A DNA stretch of 11,128 bases from Candidatus Omnitrophota bacterium (GTDB lineage: Bacteria; Omnitrophota; Gorgyraeia; JABMRG01; JAFGKX01): NCBI GenBank assembly GCA_020354945.1, contig CP070655.1:415040-426167 (forward strand), read 5' to 3'. Each line of letters begins with the position of its first letter. Position 1 is the first letter of the stretch. The notes beneath the pieces were generated by a model. It saw only the letters and a program-made list of their open reading frames with translations. It ran no database searches and was not told where the DNA came from. The position numbers were made by a program, and so were the translations under genes. Positions 1 through 8,419 of the stretch are shown piece after piece.

Positions 1-119
1 ACTGCTACGCGTTTGTTTTCGCAATTTTTGACAGTCGCTCCGGCAAGCATGTAAAAATTTTAAATATGTCGCTCATAACCCATAAAAGTGCTTGTATATG
101 TTATATATGTTTATTTTAT

Positions 120-125
120 AGGAGA
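120..125 (+). promoter_or_regulatory. Shine-Dalgarno site of hom
   Basis: AGGAGA ends 5 nt upstream of the ATG at 131. Confidence 0.75.
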
Positions 126-130
126 TAAAG

Positions 131-1432
131 ATGCGAAAGGTAAATGTTGGACTGATCGGCTTTGGTACTGTAGGCAGTGGCGTAGCCGAAGCGTTAAAAG
201 CAAAACGCGGGTACATCAAAAGCAGATATAATTTAGATATTAATTTAATCAAAATCTGCGATAAGGATATAATATCAAAACGGAAGGTTAAAGTGGATAG
301 TTCATTATTAACTAAAAATGCCTATGATATTATTGATAATCCCGCAGTTGATATAGTGATTGAACTTATAGGCGGGATAGAAAAGGCCAAGGAATTTATA
401 CTGGCCGCTTTAAAAAAGAAGAAACACGTTGTTACTGCCAATAAAGCCCTTTTGTCAATAGCAAAAGATGAGCTTTTTCAAGTGGCAGAAAAAAACGGAG
501 TCCAGCTGCATTTTGAGGCAAGTGTTTGTAGCGGAATCCCTATTATAAAGGCTTTACGCGAGGGATTGGCTGCTAATCGCATACAATCAATCTATGGAAT
601 AGTAAACGGCACTTGTAATTATATCCTTTCTGAAATGGATGAAAAAGCTATAGATTTTGCTACTGCCCTCAAACAGGCTCAAGAGAAAGGCTATGCAGAA
701 AGCGATCCATCTCTTGATATAAAAGGGCATGATTCAGCGCATAAGTTAGCAATTCTGGCTTCGTTGTGTTTTGGCATAGATGTAAAACCCAAAGATATCT
801 ATACAGAGGGAATCACAGATATCTCGTCAGCCGATATAAAGTATGCATCAGGTTTTGGCTATGCTGTAAAACTCTTGGCAATAGCCAAAAAAATGGAGCG
901 GGAACTTGAAGTTAGGGTCCATCCTACTCTTGTACCGCGAAACTATCCGTTGGCGTCGGTCAGCAGCAATTTTAATGGTGTATTAATAGAATCAGATATA
1001 GTTGGTGAAACCTTCTTCTATGGGCAGGGTTCAGGCGCGAAACCTACTGCAAGCGCTGTAATAAGCGATATAATAGACATATCGAATGATATTGTAAATA
1101 AAAAGTTAGAAAAGTTCCCTATTATTGTTTATGATAAGCAGGTAGATAAAATTAAACCCAAGAAGGACTTTTACTGCAGTTATTATATAAGGTTTTCTGC
1201 TATAGATAAGCCTGGAGTCTTGGCGTCTATATCTAAGATACTCGCTGATCACAGTATAAGCATTGCAAGTGTAAGTCAGAAGGTAAGAAGTAAACAAAAA
1301 GTTGTACCAATTATTATGCTAACCCATAAAGCGAAAGAATTATCAGTAGCGGAAGCTTTAGAGAAAATAGACGCACTTGATGCGATAAGGAGAAAATCAG
1401 TAGTCATAAGGTCGGAAAGGTCAAGGATATGA
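131..1432 (+). CDS. hom: Homoserine dehydrogenase with C-terminal ACT domain
   Basis: Rossmann motif [54 protein letters not shown], and ACT start [10 protein letters not shown]. 433 aa. Confidence 0.97.
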   Translation: MRKVNVGLIGFGTVGSGVAEALKAKRGYIKSRYNLDINLIKICDKDIISKRKVKVDSSLLTKNAYDIIDNPAVDIVIELIGGIEKAKEFILAALKKKKHVVTANKALLSIAKDELFQVAEKNGVQLHFEASVCSGIPIIKALREGLAANRIQSIYGIVNGTCNYILSEMDEKAIDFATALKQAQEKGYAESDPSLDIKGHDSAHKLAILASLCFGIDVKPKDIYTEGITDISSADIKYASGFGYAVKLLAIAKKMERELEVRVHPTLVPRNYPLASVSSNFNGVLIESDIVGETFFYGQGSGAKPTASAVISDIIDISNDIVNKKLEKFPIIVYDKQVDKIKPKKDFYCSYYIRFSAIDKPGVLASISKILADHSISIASVSQKVRSKQKVVPIIMLTHKAKELSVAEALEKIDALDAIRRKSVVIRSERSRI

Positions 1433-2508
1433 TATACAAAGGGGTTATTGAAAGATACAAAAAATTTCTTCCTGTAACTAAAAAAACGCCGGTTATTACA
1501 TTATTAGAGGGAAATACTCCCCTAATTCCATCTGTCTATTTAAGCCAGATTTTAGGGAAGGGATTTGAAATATATTTAAAATTTGAAGGGCTTAATCCTA
1601 CCGGCTCTTTTAAAGACAGAGGCATGACAGTAGCAGTATCAAAAGCTGTTGAAGAAGGACAAAAAGCAGTTATGTGCGCCTCAACCGGCAATACTTCTGC
1701 TTCGGCTGCGGCGTATGCAGCCCGTTGCAAAATAAGATGCATAGTCCTTATACCAAAAGGCGCTATTGCTCTTGGGAAATTGGCCCAGGCTTTAATTCAC
1801 GGAGCCCGTGTTATTGCAATAGAGGGAAATTTTGACGATGCACTTAAATTGGTGAGGAAGATTACCAGCAAATATCCTATAACATTGGTGAATTCTATTA
1901 ATCCAAACAGGATAGAAGGACAGAAAACCGCATCCTTTGAGATATGCGATGTATTGGAATGTGCGCCTGATTATCAATGTATGCCTGTTGGCAATGCAGG
2001 TAATATTACCGCCTACTGGAAGGGATATAAAGAATATAAAAAAGCAGGCAAGATAAAATCATTACCCAGGATGTGTGGTTTTCAGGCAGAGGGCGCTGCT
2101 CCTATTGTTCGTGGAAAAATAATCAAGAACCCTGAAACCATAGCTACTGCTATAAGAATAGGAAACCCGGCGAGTTGGAAAAAGGCGGAAGTTGCCAGAG
2201 ATGAATCAGGCGGGCTTATAGATATGGTCAGCGATAAGGATATATTAAAGGCATATCAGATTCTGTCTGAGAAAGAAGGTATTTTTGTTGAGCCAGCCTC
2301 TGCATCCTCAGTCGCCGGGCTATTGAAATTATTCAGCCGGGGATATTTTAAAGAAAATCCGAAATCCAAAATCCGAAATCCGAAAAAAATAGTATGCATA
2401 TTAACCGGACACGGTTTAAAAGACCCGGACAGGGCCATAAAGACCATAAAAGAACCAGAAGTTGTACCGGCAACGGTAGAAGCGGTTCTGGAAAAGATTG
2501 GATTATGA
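1429..2508 (+). CDS. thrC: Threonine synthase (PLP-dependent, short fold-type II form)
   Basis: [21 protein letters not shown] (PLP lysine), [48 protein letters not shown] overlap with the hom stop. Confidence 0.97.
   Translation: MIYKGVIERYKKFLPVTKKTPVITLLEGNTPLIPSVYLSQILGKGFEIYLKFEGLNPTGSFKDRGMTVAVSKAVEEGQKAVMCASTGNTSASAAAYAARCKIRCIVLIPKGAIALGKLAQALIHGARVIAIEGNFDDALKLVRKITSKYPITLVNSINPNRIEGQKTASFEICDVLECAPDYQCMPVGNAGNITAYWKGYKEYKKAGKIKSLPRMCGFQAEGAAPIVRGKIIKNPETIATAIRIGNPASWKKAEVARDESGGLIDMVSDKDILKAYQILSEKEGIFVEPASASSVAGLLKLFSRGYFKENPKSKIRNPKKIVCILTGHGLKDPDRAIKTIKEPEVVPATVEAVLEKIGL
2355..2385 (+). repeat. In-frame heptamer tandem repeat (AAATCCR)x4 inside thrC
   Basis: AAATCCG AAATCCA AAATCCG AAATCCG AAA, encoding [10 protein letters not shown]. 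Confidence 0.9.
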
Positions 2509-3713
2509 AATACATAATGCTTGTTGGCGACGGAATGTGCGACAGACCTGTCAAGGAACTTGAAGGCAAAACCCCTCTTCAGGTAGCTCGCATACCAAAC
2601 ATGAATACAATAGCTAAACAAGGCCAGGTGGGCATTGCCACTACTATTCCTGCAAACCTTGCCCCTGCTAGCGATGTAGCCAACCTGTCGCTTTTAGGAT
2701 ATGACCCGAATAAATATTATGCAGGCCGCGCGCCATTAGAAGCGGCAAATATGGGTGTGGAGCTTAAAGAGCATGATGTCGCCTTTAGATGCAATCTGGT
2801 TACTGTTTCTGATGAAAAGATGGAGGATTATTCAGCAGGACACATTAAAGACAATGAGGCCTCCATTCTTATAAAATTTATTGATAAGAAATTGGGCACA
2901 AATGCTATTAGGTTTTATCCCGGAGTAAGCTATCGCCATTTGACCATTTTTAATACCAAGAAGTTAGGAATCCAAACAGATGATTTAATCAAGACAATTT
3001 ATACCCCTCCCCATGATATCTCTGGCCAAAGAATAGCAAGGTACCTACCAAGGGGTAAAATGAGCGGTTTCTTAACAGATTTTATGCTTAAGTCAAAAGA
3101 TATTTTAGCGCCTTGTGATATAAACAAAGTTAGGATAGACTTAGGAGAGAACCCCGCCAATATGATATGGCTGTGGGGTCAAGGCAAAAAATTAGATATG
3201 CCTTCTTTTAAAGAAAAATTTAATGTAACCGGCTCTATTATATCAGCGGTTAATTTAATTAAAGGGATCGGCAGGATAATCGGCTTAGAGCCGATAGAGG
3301 TCCCTGGAGCTACCGGCTATTATGATACCAATTTTAAAGGTAAGGCTGAATATGCAATAGATTCGCTAAAAGGCCGGGATTTTGTTTTTGTGCATGTGGA
3401 AGCTCCGGATGAAGCTGGCCATAACGGAGATTTAAGGGCAAAGATTTCAGCTATTGAAAATTTCGATAGATTGGTTGTCGGCACTGTGCTGAAGCATTTT
3501 AAAAAGAGTAAGAAAAATTTCAGGATTTTAGTTACGTCGGATCATGCCACTCCGTTATCTGTAAAAACTCATACAGGAGAACCTATATTCTTTGCGGTCT
3601 ATGGAAAAGGAATACCGAAAGATGAAGCAGATGCCTTTAATGAAGTTGCAGCAGGCAAAGCCAGCATTAAGCTAAAGAAAGGATTCCGCATTATAGAGAA
3701 ATTGCTGAAATGA
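2505..3713 (+). CDS. apgM: ApgM-like cofactor-independent phosphoglycerate mutase family protein (candidate homoserine kinase/phosphotransferase)
   Basis: Start reassigned from 2394 to ATG 2505, which has an ATGA overlap with the thrC stop and gives the family-like N-terminus [11 protein letters not shown]. Motifs [20 protein letters not shown] (catalytic Ser), [33 protein letters not shown]. 402 aa. Confidence 0.9.
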   Translation: MKYIMLVGDGMCDRPVKELEGKTPLQVARIPNMNTIAKQGQVGIATTIPANLAPASDVANLSLLGYDPNKYYAGRAPLEAANMGVELKEHDVAFRCNLVTVSDEKMEDYSAGHIKDNEASILIKFIDKKLGTNAIRFYPGVSYRHLTIFNTKKLGIQTDDLIKTIYTPPHDISGQRIARYLPRGKMSGFLTDFMLKSKDILAPCDINKVRIDLGENPANMIWLWGQGKKLDMPSFKEKFNVTGSIISAVNLIKGIGRIIGLEPIEVPGATGYYDTNFKGKAEYAIDSLKGRDFVFVHVEAPDEAGHNGDLRAKISAIENFDRLVVGTVLKHFKKSKKNFRILVTSDHATPLSVKTHTGEPIFFAVYGKGIPKDEADAFNEVAAGKASIKLKKGFRIIEKLLK

Positions 3714-3714
3714 A

Positions 3715-3751
3715 AAATTCGTACCTGCCTACCGCAGGCAGGTACGAATTT
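3715..3751. repeat. Perfect palindrome with 16-bp arms and 5-nt loop (REP-like hairpin)
   Basis: AAATTCGTACCTGCCT-ACCGC-AGGCAGGTACGAATTT. The arms are exact reverse complements. Confidence 0.9.
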
Positions 3752-3767
3752 CAATAAGGATGAAAAT

Positions 3768-5414
3768 ATGAATTCGTTGTTAATAGGAATTGTTGCGCTC
3801 ATTCTTCTCGGCCTGGGTTATAGATTTTACGGGAAAATAGCGGAAAAACTATGGGGGATGGATCCGGCAAGACCAACGCCAGCCGTAGAAACTCCGGATG
3901 GAGTTGATTATGTTCCGGCGAAACACTGGACAATTTTATTCGGGCACCATTTTGCCTCCATAGCGGGAGCTGGCCCGATTCTTGGCCCGGTCATCGCGGC
4001 TATGCTCTGGGGATGGCTGCCTGCTTTAATATGGATAGTTCTTGGTTCCATATTCCTTGGAGGAATTCACGATTTTTCCACGCTAATGATCTCCATAAGG
4101 CACAAGGGCAGGTCAATAGCTGATGTTACGGAAAAAGTATTGAATTTCAGGTCAAAGGTTTTTTTTGCTGCTTTCATATCCTTAAGTTTGATATTGGTTA
4201 TGGCTGTTTTTGCCGCGGTTACGGCCAAGACCCTGATGAATGAACCCAAACTGGTCATTCCCACCTTTGGACTCATCCTGGTGGCAATTCTGCTCGGTCT
4301 TATGATATATAAATGGAACTGGAATCATATAACAGCCACAATTTTGGGAATAATTCTTCTCTGTGGCCTTCTAATTCTGGGTAATTATGTTCCCATTTCT
4401 CTTAAGGTAGCAAATCCCTTGAGACTGTGGATTTTAATTTTACTTGCATATGCCTTCATCGCTTCAGTACTTCCAGTGAACATCCTGCTTCAACCCAGGG
4501 ATTATTTATCTACTTTCATTTTGTTCTTTGGCCTATTTTTTGGCTATCTGGGATTAATCATTACTCACCCTGTGATACATACTCCGGCATTTATCAGCTG
4601 GAGAAGTAACCAGGGCCATCTCTGGCCAATGCTCTGCGTGATTATTGCATGCGGAGCAATATCGGGTTTTCACTCTCTTATTGCCAGTGGCACCACTTCC
4701 AAGCAAATAGCTAATGAGAAAGATGCAAAAAAAATTGGATATGGAGGGATGATATTAGAAGGGGTCCTGGCGGTACTGGCATTGATATGCGTAACAGCCG
4801 GATTATACTGGAGCGGCAAAATAGGGGAGGAAAGATTGGTTTATCCGGAGCTTATGAAGAGTGGTGACTGGATAGGCACTTTCTCCGCAGGTTTTGGACA
4901 GATAACCAGGCCAATTTTTGGCGCTTCAGGCCCATTAATTGCTGCTATAATGTTAAATGCATTTGTGATGACCACCCTCGATTCAGCGACCAGAATTAAT
5001 AGGTATATAACGGAAGAACTTTTCGGAGAAGGTTTGAAGATAAAAATATTCAGGAATCGGTATTTCTCCACGGCGATTATAATAGCTGTGACACTCTGGC
5101 TTGCATTAGGTAACTGGCAGGCAATCTGGCCTATCTTCGGTGCCTCAAATCAGTTAGTGGCAGCTCTGGTGTTAATGGTAGTATCTGCCTATTTGATAAA
5201 CGCCAAAAAACCGGGTAAATATACAATATATCCTGCTATTTTTATGCTTTTGACCACGGGCATGGCATTGATTTATCAGATTGGTCGATTTTTTCCATCC
5301 GGGCAATTCCTGTTAGGAATAATAGGCATTATCTTGCTCATCTTGGCCATTTTTCTTAGTTGGGAAGCATTGAGGTTTATGCAGCGCGTAAAAACAGTGA
5401 AGAAATATTATTGA
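3768..5414 (+). CDS. cstA: Carbon starvation protein A family transporter (CstA/BtsT)
   Basis: TPA..DGVDYVP, LFGHHFASIAGAGPILGP, LLQPRDY, IACGAISGFHSL, TTLDSATR, IWPIFGASNQL, with many hydrophobic helices. AAGGA SD at 3756-3760. Confidence 0.95.
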   Translation: MNSLLIGIVALILLGLGYRFYGKIAEKLWGMDPARPTPAVETPDGVDYVPAKHWTILFGHHFASIAGAGPILGPVIAAMLWGWLPALIWIVLGSIFLGGIHDFSTLMISIRHKGRSIADVTEKVLNFRSKVFFAAFISLSLILVMAVFAAVTAKTLMNEPKLVIPTFGLILVAILLGLMIYKWNWNHITATILGIILLCGLLILGNYVPISLKVANPLRLWILILLAYAFIASVLPVNILLQPRDYLSTFILFFGLFFGYLGLIITHPVIHTPAFISWRSNQGHLWPMLCVIIACGAISGFHSLIASGTTSKQIANEKDAKKIGYGGMILEGVLAVLALICVTAGLYWSGKIGEERLVYPELMKSGDWIGTFSAGFGQITRPIFGASGPLIAAIMLNAFVMTTLDSATRINRYITEELFGEGLKIKIFRNRYFSTAIIIAVTLWLALGNWQAIWPIFGASNQLVAALVLMVVSAYLINAKKPGKYTIYPAIFMLLTTGMALIYQIGRFFPSGQFLLGIIGIILLILAIFLSWEALRFMQRVKTVKKYY

Positions 5415-5426
5415 AGGAGATAATAT

Positions 5427-6647
5427 ATGCGTAAATTGATTGTCCAAAAATATGGCGGAAGCAGCATCACCGATATTAAAAAAATAAAAAATGTCGCTAA
5501 AAGAGTCGTTAGTTATAAAAAGAAAGGCTATAAGTTGGTGGTAGTGGTTTCTGCATTGGGCGATACCACTGATGAACTATTAGGGCTTGCGCATAAAGTT
5601 ACAAAATCGCCTTCCGAAAGAGAGCTTGATATGCTGGTATCTACCGGGGAACAAGTTTCGGTTGCGCTCCTGGCTATGGCTATTCATAAATTAGGTTACG
5701 AGGCCATATCTTTTACAGGCGCGCAGGTGGGCATAATAACCGATGCTTCTCACACTCGGGCCAGGATTCTGAATATAAATACAAAAAGGATAGAAGAGCA
5801 ACTTAATAGAGGCAAAATTGTTATTGTTGCAGGGTTTCAGGGTGTGACTACAGATAGAGACATTACTACATTAGGCAGAGGCGGTTCGGACCTGACCAGT
5901 GTTGCTCTATCAAAAGCGTTGGGCGCCGAAACTTGTGAGATGTACACCGATGTAGAGGGCGTTTATACTGCGGATCCTAAAATAGCGCCAGGCGCAAGAA
6001 AGCTTTCCAAGATAAGTTATGAAGAGATGTTAGAATTAGCTTCTTTAGGAGCCCAGGTATTACAGCCGCGGTCAGTAGAAATGGCAAAAAAGTTTAATAT
6101 TCCTATACATGTTCGTTCCAGTTTTTTAAACAAGAAAGGCACAATAATATCCAAGGAGGTTAAGGCAATGGAGGAAATAATTGTCAGCGGTGTAACCGTA
6201 AACAAAGACGAAGCCAAAATAACAATATACGATGTTCCCGATAAGCCTGGTATTGCAGCCAGGATTTTTAAGGACATTGCAAATAAGAATATAAATATAG
6301 ATATGATAGTCCAGAACATTAGCCGCACAGGAGCAACAGATATTTCCTTTACGGTTTTCGGAAGAGATTTAAACCGGGCTTTAACTACTGTCAGAGAAGC
6401 ATCCAAAAAGGTGAAGGCTGAAGGTGTATCCTACAATAAAGAAATAGCCAAGGTATCAGTCATCGGCTTAGGGATGAGGAGCCACTCGGGCATTGCTGCG
6501 AGAATGTTTAATGCTCTAGCCAGAAATAAGATAAACATAGAGATGATATCTACTAGCGAAATAAAGATATCCTGCGTTATAAAAAAACGTTTCGCAGATA
6601 AGGCGGTAAGGGCAATACATAAAGAATTTGGTTTAGGAAAAAAGTAG
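5427..6647 (+). CDS. lysC: Aspartate kinase, monofunctional, two ACT domains (alpha subunit)
   Basis: [76 protein letters not shown] at 5414-5420. Confidence 0.97.
   Translation: MRKLIVQKYGGSSITDIKKIKNVAKRVVSYKKKGYKLVVVVSALGDTTDELLGLAHKVTKSPSERELDMLVSTGEQVSVALLAMAIHKLGYEAISFTGAQVGIITDASHTRARILNINTKRIEEQLNRGKIVIVAGFQGVTTDRDITTLGRGGSDLTSVALSKALGAETCEMYTDVEGVYTADPKIAPGARKLSKISYEEMLELASLGAQVLQPRSVEMAKKFNIPIHVRSSFLNKKGTIISKEVKAMEEIIVSGVTVNKDEAKITIYDVPDKPGIAARIFKDIANKNINIDMIVQNISRTGATDISFTVFGRDLNRALTTVREASKKVKAEGVSYNKEIAKVSVIGLGMRSHSGIAARMFNALARNKINIEMISTSEIKISCVIKKRFADKAVRAIHKEFGLGKK
6153..6170 (+). promoter_or_regulatory. Internal ribosome-binding site and ATG for the aspartate kinase beta subunit
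   Basis: Perfect AAGGAGGT (6153-6160), 7-nt spacer, then in-frame ATG 6168 (Met248) at the kinase/ACT boundary. Confidence 0.85.
6168..6647 (+). CDS. lysC: Aspartate kinase beta subunit (nested, in frame, 159 aa)
   Basis: Strong internal SD plus MEE start. Matches the alpha2beta2 aspartokinase arrangement known from Bacillus AKII, Corynebacterium and Thermus. Confidence 0.8.
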   Translation: MEEIIVSGVTVNKDEAKITIYDVPDKPGIAARIFKDIANKNINIDMIVQNISRTGATDISFTVFGRDLNRALTTVREASKKVKAEGVSYNKEIAKVSVIGLGMRSHSGIAARMFNALARNKINIEMISTSEIKISCVIKKRFADKAVRAIHKEFGLGKK

Positions 6648-6656
6648 GTGGTAAAT

Positions 6657-8219
6657 ATGAACAAAAAGATAGCTCTGTACGATACTACATTAAGGGATGG
6701 TTCCCAGACAGAAGGCATTTCTCTTAGCGTAATGGATAAGTTAAGAATTGCCCAAAGGCTCGATAAGTTAGGCATTCAATACATTGAGGGTGGCTGGCCG
6801 GGTTCTAACCCAAAAGATATGGAATTTTTCAAAAAAATAAAAAGGAAATCTTTAAAAAATTCAGCAATAACTGCTTTCGGTTCAACAAGAAGGCCGGGTA
6901 AATCAACAGGCAAAGACAAAAATGTAAGGACCCTGCTTGAATCGGGCTGTAAGGTCATTACCATTTTTGGCAAAAGCTCGGTGTTGCATGTAAGGGATAT
7001 ACTACGCACCAGCAATGAAGAAAACCTGAAGATGATTTATGATACCGTAAAGTATCTTAAATCCAAAGGAAAGACCGTATTTTTTGACGCTGAGCACTTT
7101 TTTGATGGCTATTTTGGGAATCCCTCCTACGCCTTAAAAACGCTTATCGCAGCCCAGGATGCCGGAAGCGACACTATAATATTATGCGATACAAACGGTG
7201 GAACGCTAACCCATGATTTATCAAGGGTAATATCGGAGATAAAGCCAAATATATCTGTTCCGTTGGGCATCCATGCTCATAACGATAATGCATTAGCAGT
7301 AGCAAATTCTCTAGCAGCCGTATCTTTAGGTTGCCAGCATGTGCAAGGCACCATAAACGGCTATGGTGAACGCTGCGGCAATGCCGACTTATGCGCGATA
7401 ATTGCAAATCTTAAAATAAAGATGGGTATAGATTGCGTCTCGGATTCGAAATTAAAAGAGCTGACCGAGGTATCGAGGTTTGTCGCAGAAGCCTGTAATA
7501 TGAAACATCAGGATAATCAGCCGTTTGTCGGACAGAGCGCTTTTGCCCATAAAGGCGGTGTCCATATAAATGCGGTGATGAAAAATCCGCATTCATATGA
7601 ACATATAAGGCCGGACCTCGTCGGCAATAAAAGAAGAGTGCTTGTTTCAGAGTTATCCGGAAAAAGCACTATTCTTTTTAAGGCAAAAGAGATGGAGTTG
7701 GATTTAAAAGGCAAAGACCGCAAGACTAAAAAGATATTGAATCTGCTTCAGGATTTAGAACACAAAGGTTATCATTTTGAAGCAGCGCAGGGGTCTTTTG
7801 AGTTATTGGTAAAAAGGGCCTTAAAAAAATATAAAGATTTTTTCAAACTGGAAGGCTATAAAGTCATTATTGAAAAGACCGAAGAAGGAAAGGTCCGCTC
7901 TGAGGCAACTATTAAATTGAGAGTGAAAGATAAAGTAGAATATACTGCCAGCAAAGGAGATGGCCCTGTTAATGCCCTGGATAGGGCATTGAGAAAGGCA
8001 CTCCTTGATTTTTATCCGGCATTAGCGAAGATGCATCTTTCTGATTTTAGGGTGAGAGTCTTGGATGAAAAGGCCGGAACAGCAGCAAAGGTGCGAGTGC
8101 TCATACAATCTCAAGATGCAAAAAAGTCCTGGTGGACAATAGGAGTCTCTGAAAATATCATAGAAGCCAGCTGGGATGCCCTGGTTGATAGCGTTGAGTA
8201 TAAGTTGCTGAAAGGATAA
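6657..8219 (+). CDS. cimA: Citramalate synthase (LeuA-related, DRE-TIM family)
   Basis: YDTTLRDGSQ, EGGWPGSNPKD, FFDAEHFFDG, LCDTNGG, HAHND, GYGERCGNAD, FAHKGGVH, and a C-terminal allosteric domain (GDGPVNALD, WWTIGVSENII). ATG 6657 is preferred over GTG 6648 because AGGTGG (6646-6651) is correctly spaced as an SD. Confidence 0.9.
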   Translation: MNKKIALYDTTLRDGSQTEGISLSVMDKLRIAQRLDKLGIQYIEGGWPGSNPKDMEFFKKIKRKSLKNSAITAFGSTRRPGKSTGKDKNVRTLLESGCKVITIFGKSSVLHVRDILRTSNEENLKMIYDTVKYLKSKGKTVFFDAEHFFDGYFGNPSYALKTLIAAQDAGSDTIILCDTNGGTLTHDLSRVISEIKPNISVPLGIHAHNDNALAVANSLAAVSLGCQHVQGTINGYGERCGNADLCAIIANLKIKMGIDCVSDSKLKELTEVSRFVAEACNMKHQDNQPFVGQSAFAHKGGVHINAVMKNPHSYEHIRPDLVGNKRRVLVSELSGKSTILFKAKEMELDLKGKDRKTKKILNLLQDLEHKGYHFEAAQGSFELLVKRALKKYKDFFKLEGYKVIIEKTEEGKVRSEATIKLRVKDKVEYTASKGDGPVNALDRALRKALLDFYPALAKMHLSDFRVRVLDEKAGTAAKVRVLIQSQDAKKSWWTIGVSENIIEASWDALVDSVEYKLLKG

Positions 8220-8392
8220 TTGCTAAAAGCTCGGAAATAGTTTTTGCAAGGACGCAAAAAATCCCCAGCGAGGATTTTTTGCTCAGTCCTCGGCCTTGCT
8301 CTCGCTAATGTGTTAACGAGGGCGAACCGTGCCCGCTAAGGCCTTTCGCACGCCTTGCTCAAACTATTTTCCTCGCTTTAACAATTATCCTT
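8212..8392. mobile_element. 181-bp non-coding element with ~41-bp imperfect terminal inverted repeats (MITE-like or structured repeat)
   Basis: Left end AAGGATAATTGCTAAAAGCTCGGAAATAGTTTTTGCAAGG matches the reverse complement of the right end, AAGGATAATTGTTAAAGCGAGGAAAATAGTTTGAGCAAGG. The outer 11 bp are perfect. The inverted repeat is certain, but mobility is inferred. Confidence 0.6.
8254..8282. terminator. Internal hairpin, possible bidirectional intrinsic terminator
   Basis: GCAAAAAATCC-CCAGCGA-GGATTTTTTGC is a perfect 11-bp stem with A6/T6 tracts, but the GC core is short. Confidence 0.4.
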
Positions 8393-8419
8393 CTCGTTAA
8401 GGAATTGTGGGTTTTTAAT

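Noticed and set aside
1-76. Divergent minus-strand gene start
   Set aside because: The ATG at 76 closes after 23 codons. The ATG at 50 runs off the window with no SD and too little sequence to judge.
2394-2504. 37-aa N-terminal extension of the ApgM-like ORF
   Set aside because: It overlaps the conserved thrC C-terminus. ATG 2505 gives the family N-terminus and translational coupling.
8313-8335. T-box riboswitch upstream of valS (AACGAGGGCGAACCGTG resembles the T-box sequence)
   Set aside because: The essential UGGN that pairs with tRNA NCCA is absent (GCGA instead). I see no recognisable Stem I/specifier loop and no downstream terminator.
8399-8408. AAGGAATTGT as a third copy or target duplication of the element end AAGGATAATTG
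   Set aside because: The match is short, needs a 2-nt gap and is not flush with the element end, so it may be chance.
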